DNA of 64,000 bases, from contig CAYJPF010000001.1 in NCBI GenBank assembly GCA_964372025.1, positions 21,696-85,695 on the forward strand, in the 5' to 3' direction. Of this stretch, positions 56,954-64,000 are shown piece after piece. Both the position numbers and the translations under genes were made by a program. Source of the DNA: an uncultured Peptococcaceae bacterium. Its GTDB lineage: Bacteria; Bacillota; Dehalobacteriia; UBA4068. How positions within the stretch are numbered: the stretch's first letter is position 1; the number at the start of each line of letters is the position of its first letter. The notes below the pieces were generated by a model. The model worked only from the letters and a program-made list of their open reading frames with translations, was not told the origin of the DNA and ran no database searches.

Positions 56954-57877
56954 TTAGCTTGCTAATCTGAAATACTCTTGAGCTTTGCCAACCCACTCAT
57001 TACCTTTAACAAGATTAAAGAAACGATTCTCACTGGCTGTAGATGTTTGTCTTAATGGCTCACTATGACTAGCAAGGTCAGTTACTGCCATATATGCTCC
57101 ATATTGTGTTCCTTTGAATGGTTGAATATCTACTTTATTATTGTATACAGATATTATCTCATTCCTAAGTTTAGCTACATTCTCTTCTTTGCGAGAGCTT
57201 GCATCTGTTGGAGTAGGGAATAAGAATTCAGAGAAATTGACTATATTGTCTAATTTAGTATCTGCTAATTTCTCCATCTCATTCTCAAACTTACTGATGT
57301 ATTTGTTAGCTTTAAGAATGCTATCGTGAGCTAGTTGCAGTCTGTTCATAACTTGAGCAGTATGTTTAATTGACCATGAGAAGTTGTCGTGCTTCATCAT
57401 ATATGTCATTCCATTGGCACACCATTGACGCAACATAACTACATTTAGTTTGATACTGCCTGAACCATCAAATGAATTCTCAAAGTATATATATGGGGTG
57501 ATATCATCACCTAGAATATTGATGTCTTCTAGCTCTCCCAGTATCCATACTTTCTTAGAATCTGCTGATGCGTTAGCCATATGAAACTTCATACCCTCTT
57601 CAACCATACCATCTATAAATGAGAATGCTTCTTGGTTGTTGATTATATGGTATCTGCTACCAACTATACCCAACACTTGTTCTGTATCAGAACGCATATT
57701 TGCGATGTAGTTAGGAACTTTATTCCCATTTACTATAACATCCTTTTGCTCTACTGTGAAGTTTAGGTTTGAGATATCTAATACCTCTTGTAAAGATTTT
57801 GCTTCTTTACAGTCAACTCCTAGTCCTCTCCACGGTGTGTTAACATTTACGTTTTTAAATTTAGTTACATTATTCAT
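56954..57877 (-). CDS. DUF932-family (phage/plasmid-like) protein
   Basis: ENSFDGSGSIKLNVVMLRQWCANG matches the DUF932 signature as recalled (NS.DGS.S ... R..C.NG). 307 aa is typical for the family. Confidence 0.45.
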   Translation of the reverse strand: MNNVTKFKNVNVNTPWRGLGVDCKEAKSLQEVLDISNLNFTVEQKDVIVNGNKVPNYIANMRSDTEQVLGIVGSRYHIINNQEAFSFIDGMVEEGMKFHMANASADSKKVWILGELEDINILGDDITPYIYFENSFDGSGSIKLNVVMLRQWCANGMTYMMKHDNFSWSIKHTAQVMNRLQLAHDSILKANKYISKFENEMEKLADTKLDNIVNFSEFLFPTPTDASSRKEENVAKLRNEIISVYNNKVDIQPFKGTQYGAYMAVTDLASHSEPLRQTSTASENRFFNLVKGNEWVGKAQEYFRLAS

Positions 57878-57965
57878 ATTTCTACCTCTCCCTTTCAGTT
57901 ACTTTACTTTAACTTATAATTTATTATAGCATAGATTTTCATGATTGTCAAGCATTTATTTTATT

Positions 57966-58358
57966 TTAATTTAAAATATTTTTACCTTCAATAGATAAGA
58001 GTCTGTCAAACTCTTTGACACAGTGAGTTAGCACTTCATCAAATAATGTATAGAAATATGTAAATGCATTAGCAAGCTCCATATTGCCATCTTCTACCAT
58101 TGTATTATATGTTTGCTCTGCATCTGACAACAGGTCTTCTATATCGTTTGCATTTATTTCACCATATCCATTTGATTGAGTATGCTCTTTGAATATACTG
58201 TATAGATTACGTTGATATTCATTTATAACATGTAATGAATGAACTAGCTCTATATTATCTTCTCTTGTATTTACGATGTCTCCTACATTTGGAATTGTAG
58301 GCTCTTTGCTTTCTGATATTATCTCTTCCCACGATTTTATTATTCTATTTGTTTGCAT
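57966..58358 (-). CDS. hypothetical protein
   Basis: 130-aa ORF with cassette promoter. Confidence 0.4.
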   Translation of the reverse strand: MQTNRIIKSWEEIISESKEPTIPNVGDIVNTREDNIELVHSLHVINEYQRNLYSIFKEHTQSNGYGEINANDIEDLLSDAEQTYNTMVEDGNMELANAFTYFYTLFDEVLTHCVKEFDRLLSIEGKNILN

Positions 58359-58690
58359 ATTTGTTCCTCCTTATTTGTTGTTAACTTTAACTTGTGATAT
58401 AAGTATAGCACAGGTTTAATAATATGTCAATACTTTTTTTATTTTAATTTAAAATATTTTTCATTTAGAAAAATGGATCATATTGGGTAAATTTTACCAA
58501 TAGGGTATAAAGACAAAACCACCAGTAATAATACTGATGGCTTTATCTTAAGCTTAATCTTCATAATGGTTTGGAGTGGACACTAATCACTCCTTCATGC
58601 AAGATACGGAGGTGTAAGGAGAAAGGTGTATGAAAACCTTTGTAAGTTAAAGTGTGCCTTGCATGAAGCAATGACTAGCATTGCAATGGG

Positions 58691-59329
58691 TTATTTTTTC
58701 TTATTCACTTCTTTTATAGTTAAGTTATTGTCTTTGCATCTAGCACAATTATATAGCATATTAAATCCATTTAATAAGTTTCTCACTGTTTCACTACGTT
58801 TGTAGTAATATGTATTTATGCCACAAGATGGACAAGATACGATATATTTTGGATTTGTTGATTTAGAGCTATTATATTTTCTAAATAATATAGACATTGC
58901 TCTACCCATCAGTCTTTCTATTTTGTAATTTGTTTGAGATGTTACTTGTTTTGCATAGGCAGTCCACACTTCACCATGATGTTCTTTGGATTTATCTTTC
59001 TCATAAGTTATATTGTGGAGCATCTCATGTATGATAGTATTTGTAAGGTCATCTAGGTTGTGAGTATCTATACAACAGTTTAAATAATTGATACCTATTA
59101 CTATTTCACGAGTTTCTGTAGTACAATGTGCTACAGATTTTTTCATCCTATGGCTTATTTTTATAGAGTAATATTTGCTTGGGTTCATTAGTATGTTGCA
59201 TTTAATTAGTGTAAGAAATGCCTCTGTGTATGCATTGATTATTATTTGCTTTTGTTTTTTAGTTAGTTTTGGGTCTGATTGTATTTGTTGTGTCAGACGT
59301 TCTACATTTGTTGTTTGTGTTTGTGTCAT
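58691..59329 (-). CDS. SprT-like zinc metallopeptidase
   Basis: IIHEMLHN (HExxH) followed by HHGEVW (SprT HGxxW) and a C-terminal zinc ribbon (CPSCG...CARC). Confidence 0.6.
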   Translation of the reverse strand: MTQTQTTNVERLTQQIQSDPKLTKKQKQIIINAYTEAFLTLIKCNILMNPSKYYSIKISHRMKKSVAHCTTETREIVIGINYLNCCIDTHNLDDLTNTIIHEMLHNITYEKDKSKEHHGEVWTAYAKQVTSQTNYKIERLMGRAMSILFRKYNSSKSTNPKYIVSCPSCGINTYYYKRSETVRNLLNGFNMLYNCARCKDNNLTIKEVNKKK

Positions 59330-59681
59330 ATTGTTCTCCTCTCTCTACGTTGTTTTAACTTGTTGTTTTAACTTATGATATAAGTATAGCATAGGAGGAG
59401 GTGTTTGTCAAGGGGTTTTTAAAATTTTTTTATTTTTATTTTTGAGTGGGTTTGTCAAGTAAGGGAGCTTGATGTATTTGAGGGGAAAGGGGGAGTGGGA
59501 AAGATTGACATCGTTGGTAAATTTTGGGAGTTAAGAGATTAAGCGATACAAAGTATACATCTAACCTTTAGTATCCAAAAGATACCATTCCCAAATACCA
59601 ACATTTACATTCCATTTAACCCCATTCTAACCCCTACTCACCCTCAAACCATCAATCCCCATCCCAAATCCCAACTCACCA

Positions 59682-59873
59682 TCACCTATCCATCATCACT
59701 ATCAACACCACTATCCCCACAAGCACAATTACCGATATCCACAATGGTGATAACACCCAAATCCAAGACCAACTTATTACATCAGTCAACTTCAACACTA
59801 TAAACGCAATAGTCAACAATCCTACAAATCCTATTCCATTATAAGTACTTCCATTGCTATTACTATATCTCAT
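59682..59873 (-). CDS. hypothetical small membrane protein (two TM segments; holin-like topology)
   Basis: 63 aa with two hydrophobic segments. Confidence 0.35.
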   Translation of the reverse strand: MRYSNSNGSTYNGIGFVGLLTIAFIVLKLTDVISWSWIWVLSPLWISVIVLVGIVVLIVMMDR

Positions 59874-59896
59874 ATTGTAATCCTCCTCTTAAAATC

Positions 59897-60274
59897 TTAA
59901 TCCATCTTTTCTATCAAATCCCTCATATTGGCAATCTTTAACGCATATTTCTTAGCTGATTCATAATCATTGTAACGTAACGACTTTGCTAATAAATAAT
60001 AATCACTGCCGATACTATAGCATTTATTGCCAAAAACCTCTTCATAGATACAATTTTTGCAATCTACAATTAGCTCTCCACATTCCCCACATTTTCCCCA
60101 ACATCTAGGATATGCCTTTCCATCTATTTCTTCTCTAATCAATGAATAACTTCCTAATAATCCATTCAATGTTTGATAATAACCATAGTCTATATTCCCT
60201 ATATTTTCAGCAATCCACGTATACTGTAATTTAATCTCATCTAATATCTTTTCTTTATCTAAGGTCATATCCAC
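59897..60274 (-). CDS. hypothetical Cys-rich protein (paralog A)
   Basis: Shares QYTWIA.NI, YPRCWG.CG, C..CIY, YYLL and YALKIANM with the ORF at 61467-61853. Confidence 0.45.
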   Translation of the reverse strand: MDMTLDKEKILDEIKLQYTWIAENIGNIDYGYYQTLNGLLGSYSLIREEIDGKAYPRCWGKCGECGELIVDCKNCIYEEVFGNKCYSIGSDYYLLAKSLRYNDYESAKKYALKIANMRDLIEKMD

Positions 60275-60792
60275 TTTAATTTCTCCTTAATCTTCTATTC
60301 CAAACACTCCTTCTACCATATCCCACACTAATAATGCGAATTCCACGATAAAAGAAATCATACGCATCACTCCTCGCTCTATATCTACGTTTTTTCCTCA
60401 TAATCAATATTTTCCTTTGTAAATTCCTCCCATAATCCTTTGTACCACCTATGCTTCACTTTCTTAAATCCATATCCTGTACTAAGAGTGTAAATTCCAC
60501 GATAATAAAATCTATATGTATCACTCCTTGCTCTACGTCTTGAACTCCATCTTATAATTCCACTCCTCCTATATATTCACCAATCCAACAACACTCAATC
60601 CTTGTAAAATACAAAGAAACATAAATGGAATTAAAAACATCTTAGCTACAAAAGGTTTACTTATTTCATCTGTGAAAATAACATTTATTACAGATAGCCA
60701 CATTAAAAATGTCAAATATATAAGCCATAAATATAACATTACTTAACCTCCAAATCTCTTATTTCTCTGCATAATTACCTCCCTATTTTCCT

Positions 60793-61260
60793 CTATATTT
60801 CAAGTTTTATAGCATTTGTAACATCTATGCTTTTATACTCTCCATTACAGTAAATTATTTGAAAATACTTTGTGTTTTTCTTACTAATATGTTCTTTCTT
60901 GATAAACTCTCTCTTGCCATCTATAAAATCATAGTCCCATTCATCATTTTTATTATAATCCACACTATCTAATTTAACTTCATGAATTTCTCCATTTTCA
61001 AGAAATTCAACGTATTTCACTATACTATATGGATTTTCTTGACTCTTCGCATAAAAATTATATTTCTTTGGATTGTCTGCTAAAAATTTTAATATTTTAA
61101 CTGTATTTTCAAGTTGACTCATCCTACTGTTTGCATCTTTATTTTCGTTATTTTCCAACATTTCCGCTCTCTTTTTAATATCCTCATTGCTCTTAAAGAG
61201 AATTACTTCTCCAATCAACAATAATGCCAAACATACAGATTGCCCTATTGCTTCTATCAT
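60793..61260 (-). CDS. hypothetical protein with N-terminal TM helix
   Basis: 155-aa ORF. Confidence 0.4.
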   Translation of the reverse strand: MIEAIGQSVCLALLLIGEVILFKSNEDIKKRAEMLENNENKDANSRMSQLENTVKILKFLADNPKKYNFYAKSQENPYSIVKYVEFLENGEIHEVKLDSVDYNKNDEWDYDFIDGKREFIKKEHISKKNTKYFQIIYCNGEYKSIDVTNAIKLEI

Positions 61261-61263
61261 TTC

Positions 61264-61470
61264 TCAATCCTCCACTTTAATAATTACTTTAATATCATAA
61301 TGTATGCCTTCAATAGCATTGATTTTTACTACTTCTTTTTCCCACAACTTCTCAACTTCTTCGTCATCCCATATTCTAATTAAATGACCCTCACCTACAG
61401 TTTTCTCATTGTGTACTATACAAACACCTTGACCCCCATTCATTACATTCATCAAGTCTATAAGTTTCAT
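61264..61470 (-). CDS. hypothetical protein
   Basis: 68-aa ORF. Confidence 0.35.
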   Translation of the reverse strand: MKLIDLMNVMNGGQGVCIVHNEKTVGEGHLIRIWDDEEVEKLWEKEVVKINAIEGIHYDIKVIIKVED

Positions 61471-61853
61471 TTTTGTTCTCCTATTATATCCCCCATATTT
61501 GCTATTTTCAATGCATAAATTCTAGCTAAATCATAGTCTTTACAACTTAGACATTGTCTTAATAAATAATAAGAACTATGGGGATAATGACAACTATGAC
61601 CAAATGCTTTTTTATAAATACATATATCACAATTTCTTTTTAATTTCCCACATTCACCCCAACATCTAGGATACATAGGATATTTTCCATTCATTCTCTC
61701 TTTAATCTTGGCATAAAAATGCACCAAATTGGTCAAAGGATTGTAAGTATTATCGCCTAAATATATTTCATTATCTATATTTTTAGCTATCCATGTATAT
61801 TGATATTTAATTTCTTGTAACACTTGTTCTTCAGTATAATCCCTATAGTTCAT
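61467..61853 (-). CDS. hypothetical Cys-rich protein (paralog B)
   Basis: Paralog of 59897-60274. Confidence 0.45.
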   Translation of the reverse strand: MNYRDYTEEQVLQEIKYQYTWIAKNIDNEIYLGDNTYNPLTNLVHFYAKIKERMNGKYPMYPRCWGECGKLKRNCDICIYKKAFGHSCHYPHSSYYLLRQCLSCKDYDLARIYALKIANMGDIIGEQK

Positions 61854-61863
61854 AATTTCCTCC

Positions 61864-62103
61864 TTATAATTTTGAATATTTGCTTTTTACAGTGTTTAAT
61901 TCTTCTCTAATTCCAACATATTCAATGCTACTGACAAATTCGCTATTTATCAATACTACACTTCCATCTTCGCATTTCCAATCACTTAATGCTCTTACAA
62001 CATATGTTCCAAATACATTCTTTATCATTTCTTCTGTTGTTTTAGCATCACTAATTACTCTGTAGAAATCCTTATTGTTCATTCTGATATTCCATATACG
62101 CAT
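61864..62103 (-). CDS. hypothetical protein
   Basis: 79-aa ORF. Confidence 0.35.
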   Translation of the reverse strand: MRIWNIRMNNKDFYRVISDAKTTEEMIKNVFGTYVVRALSDWKCEDGSVVLINSEFVSSIEYVGIREELNTVKSKYSKL

Positions 62104-62112
62104 ATTGCTCTC

Positions 62113-62919
62113 CTAATCCTCAAATCTGCTGATATCAAAAGGTTTTTTATCTGTTGATTTTATCATTTTGAAATAATCACTATCTATTACAATAGGAGTT
62201 TTGCTATTTCTCTCAGTCTCCCAAATGTTGCCATTAATCATCGAAACAGTTAGAAAAGGAGCATTATGGAATCCTCGAAGAACATTTGCTCCAAGTGGCT
62301 CTTCTCTAGCAATGTATTTGCACCCATTCATCTTTAAGAATTTAAGGACAATTTTCTCTTTATCAGTTAATTTATATTTTTTAACATACTCTTCATCAAG
62401 CCATTCCGCCAAATCTTCACAATCATCAAGTTTCCCTAATGCACAATTTTCATGTCCATCAATTTCACTGCAATCTACTACAGCATCTGTTTCAATATCT
62501 ATTCCAAAATTCTTAATCCCTTTATTGATAATAGCATCTGTTATTGCATCTTGATATTTATCTCTATTTGTCATATTTTTTACTAATTCCCATTCAGCCA
62601 TACTGTGTTGAACCCATTCTTCAAAAGTCTTGGTTATACTTCTTGATTTATAATCATCATCTATTAGCATTCCATTTTCAACTTCATAGATTTTGCCTGT
62701 TGTATAGAAAGAAAATCCACAACTATCTACACATCTCATTGCCCAACTACCTTTTACAATTTCCCACTTTGATGCTCTACCTCTAATAAAATCTTTAAAA
62801 TCAATGAAAATAACAGATTCTCCTTCATCGTCAATAATACAGCCATTCTCAACACTATATATTTTACCTTCAGTCCATTTATTTGGAACATATCCTCTAT
62901 CTAAACATCTAATTTTCAT
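62113..62919 (-). CDS. hypothetical protein with internal tandem domain duplication
   Basis: GKIYSVENGCIIDDEGES...WEIVKG is repeated as GKIYEVENGMLIDDDYKS...WELVKN. Confidence 0.4.
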   Translation of the reverse strand: MKIRCLDRGYVPNKWTEGKIYSVENGCIIDDEGESVIFIDFKDFIRGRASKWEIVKGSWAMRCVDSCGFSFYTTGKIYEVENGMLIDDDYKSRSITKTFEEWVQHSMAEWELVKNMTNRDKYQDAITDAIINKGIKNFGIDIETDAVVDCSEIDGHENCALGKLDDCEDLAEWLDEEYVKKYKLTDKEKIVLKFLKMNGCKYIAREEPLGANVLRGFHNAPFLTVSMINGNIWETERNSKTPIVIDSDYFKMIKSTDKKPFDISRFED

Positions 62920-63199
62920 TTTTATTCTCCTTATCTACTAATTTAACTCCTGTAATTCTCAATCCTATCTCCATATGACAACGCTTTCCAAAGTTCCCAT
63001 TTTCATACATTTTAGTCCTCTTAAAACTAGTTTCATCATATATTCCAGCACAATTCACTAGTCCATTTTTTTTAGGGAATTTGCAACAAAATACTTTTAT
63101 AGCTTGAGATTCACTATCAGCTACAACCTCTACCCATCCATCTTGAAATGGCATATCTTTATTATTCCCAAATGTAAAATAATATCTTGTATTAAACAT
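62909..63199 (-). CDS. hypothetical protein
   Basis: 96-aa ORF. Confidence 0.35.
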   Translation of the reverse strand: MFNTRYYFTFGNNKDMPFQDGWVEVVADSESQAIKVFCCKFPKKNGLVNCAGIYDETSFKRTKMYENGNFGKRCHMEIGLRITGVKLVDKENKNEN

Positions 63200-63200
63200 T

Positions 63201-63515
63201 TTAATCCCTCTCTTTCTTCATCCATTTATCTACGCATATAACATCAAATTTACATATATCTCCAAAGCTATTTCCTGTGATATATACCTCATCCCACACA
63301 TCACTTTTTACAAATCTATCATATATCTCTCTAGCAACAATTTCTTCCTGTATTATATTCTTATTATCATCAACGTCTTTAACCAATACACTAGAGTATT
63401 TATTTATATAGTCTCTCCTAATGCAGACTACTTCATAGTAGTCTATCTTTTTTTCTGCATTTTTATCTGTATTTAACATACCTTTTATCTTATTTATTAT
63501 ATTCATAATTACCAT
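63201..63515 (-). CDS. hypothetical protein
   Basis: 104-aa ORF. Confidence 0.35.
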   Translation of the reverse strand: MVIMNIINKIKGMLNTDKNAEKKIDYYEVVCIRRDYINKYSSVLVKDVDDNKNIIQEEIVAREIYDRFVKSDVWDEVYITGNSFGDICKFDVICVDKWMKKERD

Positions 63516-63528
63516 CTCCTCTCTTATT

Positions 63529-63663
63529 CTCTAAAACATACTTTGTTCAAGTCTGATTTCTTTAAGTTTTTCCTCTTTTTCTTTCTTCTCTACAGTGTGC
63601 AATCCATTTATGCACCCTCCAAAGAATGATACAACCAATGTTATTAGTATAACTTCATATGTC
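63529..63663 (-). CDS. hypothetical small membrane protein (not in the ORF track)
   Basis: 44-aa ORF MTYEVILITLVVSFFGGCI... with RBS GGAGGTAAATT. Confidence 0.3.
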
Positions 63664-64000
63664 ATTAATTTACCTCCCTGTTCGAAAATGCGATATATGC
63701 CTTATTGCATATTTCTTAATCTCCCTTGCGTTTGATTATATCTTATATTAACATACAATATCCCTATTGTCAATACTTATTTCACATATATATTTTTTAG
63801 CCATATTTTTCCATAGGTCGATGTTTTCTTAATAATAAAATATCTCCCTCTAAGGGGAGTTTTTCATAGTATTTTATTCATATATTAAAAGGTATTAAAA
63901 TGAAAGCTATTTTGTATATACAAGTGTCTAAAATCTCTTTAAAAATATGCACTCGTACTTATATATTGTTTTATCTATTTTTTCTTTTATTTACTATTGT

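Noticed and set aside
42400-58500. The recurring GGTAAAATTTACC repeats as a CRISPR array
   Set aside because: The repeats are a 13-bp AT-rich palindrome at irregular spacing (30 bp to several kb), always in promoter-proximal intergenic DNA. There are no cas genes. This is an operator-like motif family, not CRISPR.

Overview
This 64-kb window is AT-rich (roughly 27% GC by eye) and looks like one large tailed-phage or prophage genome segment from a low-GC Firmicute-type host. Four blocks are visible. Block 1 (1-19.7 kb, minus strand) is the virion morphogenesis module: a partial tape-measure protein, a tyrosine recombinase embedded among tail genes, an Ig-like (Big_2) structural protein, capsid and portal candidates, and a terminase large subunit interrupted by a LAGLIDADG intein in its Walker A P-loop. 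Block 2 (19.7-29.7 kb, minus strand) holds DNA and nucleotide functions: a metallophosphoesterase, HU, a ClpP-family protease, a PIN-PhoH gene split by a group I intron carrying a LAGLIDADG homing endonuclease, an 840-aa protein with beta-prime-like NRxPxxH and DxDGD motifs (candidate YonO-type single-subunit RNA polymerase), a T4-type dNMP kinase, a HAD 5'-deoxyribonucleotidase and a RecU resolvase. At 29.86-30.15 kb a 285-bp imperfect palindrome with perfect 44-bp G-quadruplex-prone arms separates the minus-strand blocks from Block 3 (30.2-41.0 kb, plus strand), an early-type operon of small genes that includes PHP, AbrB-like, nucleotidyltransferase-fold and YopX proteins. Block 4 (41.3-63.7 kb, minus strand) consists of about 30 small genes arranged as self-contained cassettes. 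Each cassette repeats the same layout: a 13-bp palindrome GGTAAAATTTACC (at least 25 copies), a consensus sigma70 promoter, a conserved AAGTTAAAGTTAA leader, often a hairpin abutting the Shine-Dalgarno sequence, the ORF, and a terminator. A nearly non-coding stretch at 42.0-47.5 kb carries three perfectly phased 9-bp tandem arrays (NATTCAGAA x17, x11, x28) that end in a 16-bp CACGTG-core palindrome, together with CCTCCGCAT repeats and AAAACAC iterons. No rRNA, intact tRNA or CRISPR array was found. Functional calls rest on motif recognition by eye and are untested against any database.
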